NCBI GenBank assembly: GCA_041601995.1
Contig: JBFIHC010000001.1
Span: 31,468-95,467, forward strand
DNA: 64,000 nucleotides
Reading direction: 5' to 3'
Origin: Woeseiaceae bacterium
Lineage (GTDB): Bacteria > Pseudomonadota > Gammaproteobacteria > Steroidobacterales > Woeseiaceae
Under the pieces are notes generated by a model that was not told the origin of the DNA, searched no databases, and was given only the letters and a program-made list of their open reading frames with translations. Every line of letters begins with the position of its first letter. Positions within the stretch are counted from its first letter, which is position 1. Both the position numbers and the translations under genes were made by a program. Positions 55,183-63,666 of the stretch are shown piece by piece.

Positions 55183-55953
55183 ATGTGCCTCCTGGTCTTC
55201 GCATTGCAGCAGCACGAAGCGCTGCCGCTCATCGTCGCCGGCAACCGCGACGAATTTCACGCGCGCCCGGCACAATCCGCGCACTGGTGGCCTGACAACC
55301 CGGAGATCCTCGGCGGCCGTGACCTGCAGGCGGGGGGCACCTGGCTTGCGGCGCACCGGGCGGGGCGGTTTGCGGCCGTCACGAATTACCGCGATGCGCA
55401 CAGGGAAAGTGCGGGGCTCAGGTCGCGCGGCCACCTCGTTACCGGCTTTCTGAACGGCGCCGGCGGCGTGACCGACTACCTCGACTCGATCGACGGCGGC
55501 GGCTACGCGGGATTCAATCTGCTGGTATCGGACGGCCGCGCCGCTGGCTACCTTTCGAATCGCGGCGGGGGCATGCGCGAATTGCCGCCCGGCATCTACG
55601 GCCTCAGCAACGCCACGCTCGACGACCCCTGGACCAAGGTAACGCGAACGAAATCGGGACTCGCCGCGTTGCTGCAGCAAGACACGGTCAACGAGTCGAG
55701 CCTGATGCGGCTGCTCGGGGACCGCGAAAAAGCCTCGGCCGACGAAGTCGAGACGAACGGCCTGTCGTTCGAAATGGCGCATGCGCTGACAGCTCCGTTC
55801 ATCGTGCACCCGGTTTACGGCACGCGCTGCTCGACGGTCCTGATCGTCGACGATGCGGGCAAGGTGTCCTTCCTGGAGCGCCGCTTCGATGCGGACGGCC
55901 GCCAGACCGGCGAATCGCAATATTCGTTCGAATCAGGTAAGGGCGCCAAGTAG
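55183..55953 (+). CDS. NRDE-family protein (TANGO2/DUF833-like)
   Basis: MCLLVFALQQHEALPLIVAGNRDEFHARP is the family-defining N-terminus. Confidence 0.85.
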   Translation: MCLLVFALQQHEALPLIVAGNRDEFHARPAQSAHWWPDNPEILGGRDLQAGGTWLAAHRAGRFAAVTNYRDAHRESAGLRSRGHLVTGFLNGAGGVTDYLDSIDGGGYAGFNLLVSDGRAAGYLSNRGGGMRELPPGIYGLSNATLDDPWTKVTRTKSGLAALLQQDTVNESSLMRLLGDREKASADEVETNGLSFEMAHALTAPFIVHPVYGTRCSTVLIVDDAGKVSFLERRFDADGRQTGESQYSFESGKGAK

Positions 55954-56592
55954 CCAGTTGCGGATGTCGCCGATCTCCTGGGGACACACGGCGTGCGCCA
56001 TCGGGTAGTCGCGCCAGTCGACCTCGAAGCCGGCATTGACGAGCGCGTCTGCCGCCGAGCGCCCGTACTGCATGGGTATCATCGGGTCGAAGCGCCCGTG
56101 CGCCATGAAAACGGGCGTCGAGGCATCCACCGATTCGCCTTGCAAGGTCTCCGGAAGCGGGAGCCAGGCGGACAACGCCATCAGCCCGGCCAGCTTTCTG
56201 CCTGCACGCAATACCGTGTTGATCGCGATCGCACCGCCCTGGGAGAATCCCGCCAGCACGATGCGGCCGGGATCGATGCCGCGCTGCTCTTCGCGGGCGA
56301 CGAGCGACTCGAGCAACGCGCTGCTGTCGTTGATGCCGGCGGCGTCGACGGGCCCGTTGCGGTCGAGCGAGACGATGTCGTACCAGGCGCGCATTGCCAT
56401 GCCGCCGTTGAGGGTTACTGGACGCACCGGCGCGTGGGGAAAGACGAAGCGCAGCGGCAGAGTGTCCGGCAGCCGCAGCTCGGGGACGATCGGCTCGAAA
56501 TCGTGGCCGTCGGCACCGAGTCCGTGCAGCCAGATGACGCTGGCGGATGGTTCGGAACCGGTTTCGACTTCGACGGTTTGCGGATCGGACAT
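55933..56592 (-). CDS. Phospholipase/carboxylesterase-family alpha/beta hydrolase
   Basis: 219 aa. VIWLHGLGADG, nucleophile elbow GFSQGGA, HG.FD and MAH motifs. Confidence 0.88.
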   Translation of the reverse strand: MSDPQTVEVETGSEPSASVIWLHGLGADGHDFEPIVPELRLPDTLPLRFVFPHAPVRPVTLNGGMAMRAWYDIVSLDRNGPVDAAGINDSSALLESLVAREEQRGIDPGRIVLAGFSQGGAIAINTVLRAGRKLAGLMALSAWLPLPETLQGESVDASTPVFMAHGRFDPMIPMQYGRSAADALVNAGFEVDWRDYPMAHAVCPQEIGDIRNWLLGALT

Positions 56593-56677
56593 CGGTGCTC
56601 CGGGAGTTCGTGGATGCGACGTGAGCGTCGGGAAGGCGCGCAGTTTAGCCGGAAATCGCCGGCAAGTCCTTGACGAT

Positions 56678-56718
56678 ATATGTGCATGATGTTATTTATA
56701 TGCGCATATTTATGCGGA
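56678..56718. promoter_or_regulatory. Candidate ARG box(es) / argR-arg operon operator
   Basis: An AT-rich island, tatgtgcatgatgttatttatatgcgcatatttatgcgg, sits just upstream of argR. It contains the palindrome CGCATA-tt-TATGCG (56703..56716) and an adjacent TGCAT-containing half-repeat. Confidence 0.5.
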
Positions 56719-56725
56719 CAAGATC

Positions 56726-57178
56726 ATGCCGAACGCCAACAGCGACCAGGGAGCACGCCGCAGCGCGATTCGCGAGCTGCTCGGCGGGGGTCCCGTGCCG
56801 ACCCAGCAGCAGCTGGTGGCGGAGCTTGCCCGGCGTGGCTTTGCGGCAACCCAGTCCAGCGTGAGCCGCGACCTCAGGGAGATCGGCGCCATCAAGACGC
56901 CGCGCGGCTACGAGCTCGAAGTCGAGGACGCGGACGAGCGGCCGGAGCTAACCGCCATCGGCGAATTCGTGCGCGCGATTCTGCCCGCGGGACCCCATCT
57001 GCTCGTGTTGCGGACGGCGATCGGCGCGGCGCAGCGTGTCGCGCTGGCCCTCGATCGTGCCGGCTGGCCCGAGATCGTGGGGAACATAGGCGGCGACGAT
57101 ACCGTGTTCGTGGCCACCGACTCCGCCAATCACCAGAAGATTCTCGCCGCCAGGCTGGAACGCATCGTCGCGCGCTGA
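56726..57178 (+). CDS. argR: Arginine repressor
   Basis: 150 aa. QQQLVAELARRGFAATQSSVSRDLREIG winged helix, and a C-terminal GTIAGDDT-like GNIGGDDTVFV arginine-binding motif. Confidence 0.92.
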   Translation: MPNANSDQGARRSAIRELLGGGPVPTQQQLVAELARRGFAATQSSVSRDLREIGAIKTPRGYELEVEDADERPELTAIGEFVRAILPAGPHLLVLRTAIGAAQRVALALDRAGWPEIVGNIGGDDTVFVATDSANHQKILAARLERIVAR

Positions 57179-57203
57179 TGCGCGCCTCCCCCGGAGCATA
57201 TTT

Positions 57204-58418
57204 GTGAGCAAAGACCAGACACCCATCATTCTTGCGTTTTCAGGCGGCCTCGATACGTCGTTCTGCGTGCCGTGGCTCAGGGAAACCTGCGGCCGCGAGG
57301 TCGTTACCGCGACGGTCGACACGGGCGGCATCGATGCTGCGGCCGCGAAGCAACTCGAAGAGCGCGCTTACGCCCTCGGCGCCTTGGAACACGTGCTCAT
57401 CGATGCCCGGCAGGAGTTCTTCGACACGGTCATCCGCTACCTGATCGCGGGCAATGTACTCAGGGGCAATGCCTACCCCCTGTGCGTCGGTGCCGAGCGC
57501 GGTCTGCAGGCATCGCGGCTGGCGGCGATTGCCAACGAGCGCGGCGCGACGACCGTTGCCCACGGCTGCACGGCGGCCGGCAACGACCAGGTTCGCTTCG
57601 AGGTCGCGCTGCGCACGCTGAGCCCCGGCCTCGAGGTACTGGCGCCGGTCCGCGACAACAGCTGGGTACGGCACGAGCAGCTTGCGTATCTCGAGAAGCA
57701 CGGCCTGCCGCTGCCGGCGCAGGGTTCCGCCTACTCCATCAACCGTGGCCTGTGGGGCATCACGATCGGCGGCCGCGAGACACTGACGTCGCAGAACTCA
57801 ATCCCGGAAGATGCGTGGGTGTTGTCCGCAAAGGCGTTCAGCGAGCCGCTCGAAGCGAGCACACATACGCTCCAATTCGAGCACGGCGTGCCGGTGGCGC
57901 TGGACGGCGAATCGTTCACGCCCGTTGCGCTGATCGAAGCGCTCGAGCAGCTGGCCGGCCGTTACGGCATCGGCCGCGGCATCCATCTCGGGGACACGGT
58001 TCTCGGCACCAAGGGCCGGGTCGCGTTCGAAGCGCCCGCCGCGATCACGCTGATCAGCGCCCACCGGGAACTCGAGAAACTGGTGCTGAGCGCGCAGCAG
58101 GCGCGCATCAAGGACAGCATCGCAGCGATCTATGGCGACCTCGTGCACGAGGGCAAACAACTCGACCTGGTCTGCAGCGACATCGAGGCGCTGCTCGAGT
58201 CGTCGCAACGGCGGGTCAGCGGCAGCGTCACGTTCACGCTGCGCCCGGGCGCCCTGTTCATCAACGGCGTCGATTCGCCGCACTCGCTGCTCGCGGCAAC
58301 GCGCGGCGTGTACGGCGAATCGGCGGGCGAATGGACGCCGGCGGACGCGGTCGGGTATGCCCGCGTTCTCTCCCTGCCGGGCACGCTGCAGACCCGGGCC
58401 GCGGGAGGCCCGGCGTGA
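57204..58418 (+). CDS. argG: Argininosuccinate synthase
   Basis: 404 aa from GTG 57204. AFSGGLDTS, AHGCTAAGNDQVRFE motifs. Confidence 0.95.
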   Translation: MSKDQTPIILAFSGGLDTSFCVPWLRETCGREVVTATVDTGGIDAAAAKQLEERAYALGALEHVLIDARQEFFDTVIRYLIAGNVLRGNAYPLCVGAERGLQASRLAAIANERGATTVAHGCTAAGNDQVRFEVALRTLSPGLEVLAPVRDNSWVRHEQLAYLEKHGLPLPAQGSAYSINRGLWGITIGGRETLTSQNSIPEDAWVLSAKAFSEPLEASTHTLQFEHGVPVALDGESFTPVALIEALEQLAGRYGIGRGIHLGDTVLGTKGRVAFEAPAAITLISAHRELEKLVLSAQQARIKDSIAAIYGDLVHEGKQLDLVCSDIEALLESSQRRVSGSVTFTLRPGALFINGVDSPHSLLAATRGVYGESAGEWTPADAVGYARVLSLPGTLQTRAAGGPA

Positions 58419-59470
58419 GATCCGTCTTCGTCGACAAGGTCGCCTCGGTTGCGCAACACAGCGACCTCGGCAACAAGCTGCGGCTGTCGCCCGACATACC
58501 GTGCGAAGAGGGCGTGCTGATTGCCGTGCGGGTGCTGAACAACAAGGCACGATACAACCAGCTCGAGCTCACGTCCGGACGCATGGCGACGGTCACCCAG
58601 GGCGACATCCTCGTCGGCGCGCTCGGGCACCGCAAGGCGCTGCTCGGCTATTCCGGGCATCTGCCGACGGAGCTCGCCGTCGGCGACACCATACAGATCC
58701 TCAACATCGGCGGGGTTCTCGGCGTCTGCGATTCCGCCAATCCCGACGTAGGGCCGCCGTTCGACTGCGAGGTCCTCGGCACGGTCCTGCATTTCCCGTA
58801 CCTCGGTGAACGCATCGGCGTGCCGGCCCGTGCCGGCGCACAAACGCTGGATCCGGAGGCGGTCCTCGACACGCAGGGCGTCCCGGTCGTGGCGCTCGCA
58901 GGCACCTGCATGGACTCGGGCAAGACGGCGGCCGCCTGCGCCATCGTCAGCCGCTTGCGGCATCGCGGCCTGCACGTGGCTGCCTGCAAGGCAACGGGCG
59001 TGTCGCTGCGGCGCGATATCCTCGCGATGCAGGACGCAGGGGCTGCGGAGACGATGATCTTCTCCGACCTCGGCATCGTGACCACCACGGCGGTAAACGG
59101 GCCGGCGTTGACGCGGACCCTGCTGACGAACCTGGCCGCCGCGCAACCCGACGTCATCGTCCTGGAGCTCGGCGACGGCCTGCTCGGCGCTTATGGCGTG
59201 GAGGCAATACTCTCCGACGCGTCGATCCGCAACGCACTGACGGCGGTCGTGCTGTGCGCCAACGACCCGGTTGCCGCCTGGGGCGGCGCCAAGATACTCA
59301 GGGACCAGTTCCACATCGAACCGGCGGTCGTTACCGGACCGGCGACCGATAACGCCGTCGGCATCGACCAGATATCGGAGCGCCTCGGGCTCAAGGCGAT
59401 CAATGCGCTGTCGAACGGCGTCGCCCTCGGCGACCACCTGAATGGCGTACTCCGGGGAGCCCGGAAATGA
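58415..59470 (+). CDS. Uncharacterised protein embedded in the arg operon: N-terminal beta-rich domain plus a C-terminal DTBS/DUF1611-like nucleotide-binding-fold domain
   Basis: GTG 58415 overlaps the argG stop (GTGA), and the stop overlaps the argC start (ATGA). 351 aa. GTCMDSGKTAAACAIVSRL P-loop-like motif and a later ELGDGLLG motif. In the ORF track it is hidden as the 3' part of the 57272..59470 ORF, whose first 381 codons shadow argG. Confidence 0.75.
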   Translation: MRSVFVDKVASVAQHSDLGNKLRLSPDIPCEEGVLIAVRVLNNKARYNQLELTSGRMATVTQGDILVGALGHRKALLGYSGHLPTELAVGDTIQILNIGGVLGVCDSANPDVGPPFDCEVLGTVLHFPYLGERIGVPARAGAQTLDPEAVLDTQGVPVVALAGTCMDSGKTAAACAIVSRLRHRGLHVAACKATGVSLRRDILAMQDAGAAETMIFSDLGIVTTTAVNGPALTRTLLTNLAAAQPDVIVLELGDGLLGAYGVEAILSDASIRNALTAVVLCANDPVAAWGGAKILRDQFHIEPAVVTGPATDNAVGIDQISERLGLKAINALSNGVALGDHLNGVLRGARK

Positions 59471-60525
59471 GCCGGGTGCCTGCCGTCGTCCTCGGAGCAA
59501 CCGGCTATGTCGGCGGCGAACTGCTGCGGCTGATCGCGGCACACCCGGTATTCAACCTGGCGGCGGCGGTTTCGGAGAGCCGCGCCGGCACGCCGGTCGG
59601 GCGTACGTTCCCGCACCTGGCCGCCGTCCTTGGCGACACGACTTTTGCGGCCCATGAGGCGTGGCTCGAAGGCATCCCCGGAGGATCGCCGCTCGCACTC
59701 TTCTCCGCCGCTCCGCACGGCGCGTCGGCGGCGATGATCGCAAACGTCCTGGCGCAGGCAGGCGCGCGGGGCATCGACGTCCACACGGTGGATGTGTCCG
59801 CCGACTTCCGTTATCGCGGGGCAGCGGCCTATGAAGCGGTGTATGGAACAGCCCACGGTGCGCCGCCGCTTCTCGGCGAGTTCGTCTGCGCGGTGCCGGA
59901 ACACGTTCCGAGCACGACGACGCAGCACGTCGCCCACCCGGGCTGTTTTGCGACCGCGATACTGCTCGCTGCCGTGCCCCTGCTGCAGTCCGGCCTCGTC
60001 GAGCCCGAGCTGTTCGTTACCGGGATCACCGGCAGCACCGGTTCGGGGCGTACGCCCCAGCCGGGCACGCACCATCCGGAACGCCACGGCAACCTGTATG
60101 CATACAAGGCGCTGGCGCACCGGCACACACCGGAGATCGTGAACCTGGCAGAGGCCGCGTCGGGCGTTCGCGCCAACGTCAACTTCGTGCCGCACTCGGG
60201 TCCCTTCGCGCGCGGCATTTTCGCCACGGTGCAGGCGAAGACGGACGGCAGCGCCTCTGCCGCCCGGCTGCGTGAAGCGTTCGAATCACTCTATGCGGAG
60301 ACCCCGTTCGTCAGGGTCATCGACAGCTCGCCAAGACTGAAGAACGTCGTAGCGAGCAACATGGCCGAGATCGCGATCGAGGTGTCGGGCGATACCGTCG
60401 TCGTAATGTCGGCTATCGACAATCTCGTTAAAGGCGCCGCCGGCGGGGCGATGCAATGGATGAACCGCCTGTTCGCGCAACCCGATACGGCGGGCCTCAA
60501 CGGCATTCCGCCGGGCTGGACCTGA
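59467..60525 (+). CDS. argC: N-acetyl-gamma-glutamyl-phosphate reductase
   Basis: 352 aa. VLGATGYVGGELLRLI, active-site HPGCFAT. Confidence 0.93.
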   Translation: MSRVPAVVLGATGYVGGELLRLIAAHPVFNLAAAVSESRAGTPVGRTFPHLAAVLGDTTFAAHEAWLEGIPGGSPLALFSAAPHGASAAMIANVLAQAGARGIDVHTVDVSADFRYRGAAAYEAVYGTAHGAPPLLGEFVCAVPEHVPSTTTQHVAHPGCFATAILLAAVPLLQSGLVEPELFVTGITGSTGSGRTPQPGTHHPERHGNLYAYKALAHRHTPEIVNLAEAASGVRANVNFVPHSGPFARGIFATVQAKTDGSASAARLREAFESLYAETPFVRVIDSSPRLKNVVASNMAEIAIEVSGDTVVVMSAIDNLVKGAAGGAMQWMNRLFAQPDTAGLNGIPPGWT

Positions 60526-60526
60526 G

Positions 60527-61711
60527 ATGCACGCGATGCAGACGAACACGGCGGATGCCAGGACCCGGGAAGCAGCCGCCACGATCCCGGTATACGGCCA
60601 GTTGCCGTTCGTACCGGTACACGCCGAGGGCTGCGACATCGTCACCGCCAGCGGCCGGCGCGTTCTCGACCTGTACGGCGGGCACGCCGTCGCGGCACTG
60701 GGCTACGGGCACCCGCAGCTGGTCGCGGCGCTACGGGAGCAGTCGGCATCGTTGCTGTTCCAGAGCAACGCAGTAGCGCTGGATGTGCGGGCAAGCGCCG
60801 CGGAAAAACTCGTCTCCATCGCCCCGCCGGGCCTGGAACGCGTACTGTTCGTCAACTCGGGCGGCGAAGCCAACGAGAACGCACTGCGCATGGCGTGCAA
60901 GGTAACGAAGCGCAGCAAGGTGCTTGCGATCACCCACGGCTTCCACGGCCGCACCGCGGCGGCTGCCGCGGTCACGTGGAATTCCGACAAGTGGTACGGC
61001 TTCCCGAGGAAACCTTTCGACGTCGACTTCATCCCGCGCGACGACGCCGCGGCGGCCGCCGCCATGATCGGTCCCGACATTGCGGCGGTCATCGTCGAAC
61101 CGGTGCAGGGTGTCGCAGGTGCGTTCGACCTTTCCCGTGAGTTCCTGCTGGCGTTACGCGAGTCGACCGAGCGCCACGGCGCGCTGCTGATCGCGGACGA
61201 AGTCCAGTGCGGCATGGGGCGCTGCGGGCATTTCTTCGCCGTGCAGGCTTACGGTATCGAGCCCGACCTGCTGACCAGCGCGAAGTCGCTGGGCGGCGGG
61301 GTTCCGTGCGCGGCGGTGCTCTGCCGCAACGACATCGCGGAGCAATTCGGGCCGGGCGACCTCGGAACCACCTTCGGCGGCGGTCCACTCGCGGCGGCGG
61401 CGATCAACGCGGTGATCGATGCGATCCGGAACGAGGACCTGCTTGCAAACGTCCGCGAACGTGAGACGCAAATACGCGATTGCTGCGTGACCGGCCCGGT
61501 CACGGGCATCCAGGGCAAAGGGCTGCTGCTCGGTCTCGTGTGCAGCCGGCTCGCAAAAGACGTGCGCGATGCGCTGCTCGAGCACGACATTCTCACCGGC
61601 ACGAGCGCAGACCCGAACGTGGTCCGTATACTCGCGCCTCTTGTTATCACCGACGATCATGTCGACCGACTCGCGCGTGCGCTGGCCGCAATCCCGGGCG
61701 GCGATGCATGA
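60527..61711 (+). CDS. argD: Acetyl/succinyl-ornithine aminotransferase (class III PLP)
   Basis: 394 aa. NSGGEANE, LLIADEVQCGMGR, TSAKSLGGG (PLP Lys). Confidence 0.9.
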   Translation: MHAMQTNTADARTREAAATIPVYGQLPFVPVHAEGCDIVTASGRRVLDLYGGHAVAALGYGHPQLVAALREQSASLLFQSNAVALDVRASAAEKLVSIAPPGLERVLFVNSGGEANENALRMACKVTKRSKVLAITHGFHGRTAAAAAVTWNSDKWYGFPRKPFDVDFIPRDDAAAAAAMIGPDIAAVIVEPVQGVAGAFDLSREFLLALRESTERHGALLIADEVQCGMGRCGHFFAVQAYGIEPDLLTSAKSLGGGVPCAAVLCRNDIAEQFGPGDLGTTFGGGPLAAAAINAVIDAIRNEDLLANVRERETQIRDCCVTGPVTGIQGKGLLLGLVCSRLAKDVRDALLEHDILTGTSADPNVVRILAPLVITDDHVDRLARALAAIPGGDA

Positions 61712-61729
61712 CGACTGCAAGGAAATCCG

Positions 61730-62737
61730 ATGAAGACCTTTAACGATCTGGCCGAACTTGGCAACGAGGAAATCAGTGCGCTGCTTGTGCTCGCCAACCG
61801 GCTCGACAAGCAACCGGAGCCGCAGGCGCTGCAGGGCAAGGTGCTGTCGCTGCTGTTCCTGAGCCCCTCGCTCAGGACGCTGGCCTCGTTCCAGGCAGCG
61901 ATGACCCGCCTCGGCGGCGGCTCCTTCGTCATCTCGCCCGAGATGTCCATCCACGGACTCGAGACGCGGCCCGGCATCGTGATGGACGGCGTCGCGGCCG
62001 AGCACATCAACGAAGCCGTGCCGGTCATTGCATCCTACGGCGATGCGATCGGCATCCGCGCCTTCGCCGAGCGCAAGAACCTGGAACACGACATGGCGGA
62101 GACGGAGTTCAAAACGCTGACGGGCCTCATCGACACCCCGTGGATCAACATGGAATCGGCGATGAATCATCCCTGCCAGAACCTCGCGGACTGGAAGACG
62201 CTGGACGACCTGGCCATCCCGGCGAACGGCGGCAAGTTCGTGCTGAGCTGGGCATTCCACCCGAGAGCGCTCCCGCTCGCGGTACCGGCCTCGACCCTCT
62301 ACACGGCGGCGCGCCGCGGCATGGACGTGACCGTGTTGCGCCCGGAGGGATTCGAGCTTCCGGAGCCCGTAATGAAGCGCGCGAAAGCCGCGGCCGAAGC
62401 GGCGGGCGGCGCCGTCCGGGAGACCGACGACCGCGTCGAAGCGATGGAAGGCGCGCATGTCATATACGCCAAGTCGTGGTCGTCAACGCGCCATTACGGC
62501 GACCGCATCAGCGACCAGAAGCTGCGGAACGAACTGGTCGACTGGTGCGTCGACGAGCCCTGGTTCGACAACGCGCGGGACGATTGCCGATTCATGCATT
62601 GCCTGCCCGTGCGCCGCGGCGTGGTCGTCGCCGACAGGATCCTGGATGGACCGCGCAGCGTCGTCATCCACGAGGCACGCAATCGCATGCTGGCGCAGAT
62701 GGCCGTCCTGCACCGCATGCTCGGAGGCAGCAAATGA
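61730..62737 (+). CDS. argF': N-acyl-L-ornithine carbamoyltransferase (AOTCase/SOTCase family, argF')
   Basis: 335 aa. SPSLRT in place of the OTCase STRTR, plus VMDG..AEH, HPCQ and HCLPVRR motifs. By-eye colinear with Xanthomonas N-acetylornithine carbamoyltransferase. Confidence 0.85.
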   Translation: MKTFNDLAELGNEEISALLVLANRLDKQPEPQALQGKVLSLLFLSPSLRTLASFQAAMTRLGGGSFVISPEMSIHGLETRPGIVMDGVAAEHINEAVPVIASYGDAIGIRAFAERKNLEHDMAETEFKTLTGLIDTPWINMESAMNHPCQNLADWKTLDDLAIPANGGKFVLSWAFHPRALPLAVPASTLYTAARRGMDVTVLRPEGFELPEPVMKRAKAAAEAAGGAVRETDDRVEAMEGAHVIYAKSWSSTRHYGDRISDQKLRNELVDWCVDEPWFDNARDDCRFMHCLPVRRGVVVADRILDGPRSVVIHEARNRMLAQMAVLHRMLGGSK

Positions 62738-63666
62738 CGTCAAAACGCGAACTCGCCATCGTCGTATCGGCGCTGAAGCACGCGGCGCCCTACCTGCGGC
62801 TCTTCAAGGGCAAGGTGTTCGTCCTCAAGGCCGGTGGCGAAATATTTGCCGACAAGGCCGCGACCAAGGCCCTGATGGAGCAGGTGGGCATTCTTCACCA
62901 GGTCGGCATCCGCGTCGTGCTGATACACGGCGGCGGCCCGCAGTCGACGCAGCTCGCGGCTGCCCTGGGCGTCGACACGACCTTCGTCGACGGCCGCCGC
63001 GTGACGGATGGCGCTTCCCTCGACGTCGCGACCATGGTGCTCAATGGGCAGATCAACACGCGGGTCCTTGCGGCCTGCCGCGACCTGCAGATCCCGGCCG
63101 TCGGCATCAGCGGCGTCGACGCCGGCCTCATCCGAGCACACAAGCGGCCGCCGGTGGAACGTGCGGACAGCTCGACCGTCGACTACGGTTTTGTCGGCGA
63201 TATCGACTCCGTCGACGCGGACGTATTGCGCAAGCAGCTCGACAACGGCCTCATGCCGGTCGTAAGCCCGCTTTCCTGCGACGAGACCGGCACGCTGCTC
63301 AACATCAATGCCGACACCGTCGCCGCAGCCATCGCGGCGGAGCTCGGCGCCGAGAAGCTGGTCCTGCTGACCGGCGCGCCCGGCATCCTCGAGGACGCCT
63401 CGGACCCGAATTCGCTCATCAGCTACATCGACCGTGCGCAGCTCGACAAGCTGCGCGACGACGGCAAGCTCGCCGACGGCATGCTGCCCAAGGCGGCGGC
63501 CATCGATGCGGCCCTCGCCCACGGCGTTAGTCGCGTCCACGTGATCTCTTACAACTTCCCGGACAGCCTGCTGCTCGAGGTGTTTACCAATGAAGGTACC
63601 GGCACGCTCGTCGTCAACGACATTGCCGCCCTGACGCCCGAGGAACAGGCAGGCGGCGCATCATGA
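62734..63666 (+). CDS. argB: Acetylglutamate kinase (kinase domain only, no GNAT domain)
   Basis: ATGA overlap with argF'. About 310 aa. FVLKAGGE, VVLIHGGGPQ, NINADT motifs. Confidence 0.92.
   Translation: MTSKRELAIVVSALKHAAPYLRLFKGKVFVLKAGGEIFADKAATKALMEQVGILHQVGIRVVLIHGGGPQSTQLAAALGVDTTFVDGRRVTDGASLDVATMVLNGQINTRVLAACRDLQIPAVGISGVDAGLIRAHKRPPVERADSSTVDYGFVGDIDSVDADVLRKQLDNGLMPVVSPLSCDETGTLLNINADTVAAAIAAELGAEKLVLLTGAPGILEDASDPNSLISYIDRAQLDKLRDDGKLADGMLPKAAAIDAALAHGVSRVHVISYNFPDSLLLEVFTNEGTGTLVVNDIAALTPEEQAGGAS

Noticed and set aside
54904-55920. A 338-aa minus-strand ORF
   Set aside because: It is antisense to the 3' end of nudC and to the NRDE-family gene. The NRDE N-terminal signature on the plus strand is decisive.
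50294-55953. Convergent gene ends that overlap (DegV/SRAP by 4 nt at 50294..50297, NRDE/esterase by 21 nt at 55933..55953) as possible antisense regulation
   Set aside because: Overlapping convergent termini without terminators are common in compact high-GC genomes. No hairpins or other structures were seen that would suggest a specific mechanism.
57272-58414. The 5' 381 codons of the 732-aa plus-strand ORF 57272..59470
   Set aside because: This part overlaps argG in another frame and translates to Arg/Gly/Pro-rich low-complexity sequence. Only the segment from GTG 58415 onward, after the argG stop, has protein-like composition, so I called the gene from 58415.
58130-62458. Long minus-strand ORFs across the arg operon (58130..59542, 59191..60195, 61154..62458, 62740..63540)
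   Set aside because: All are antisense to confidently recognised arg genes (X, argC, argD, argF', argB) and lack motifs. They are high-GC shadow ORFs.
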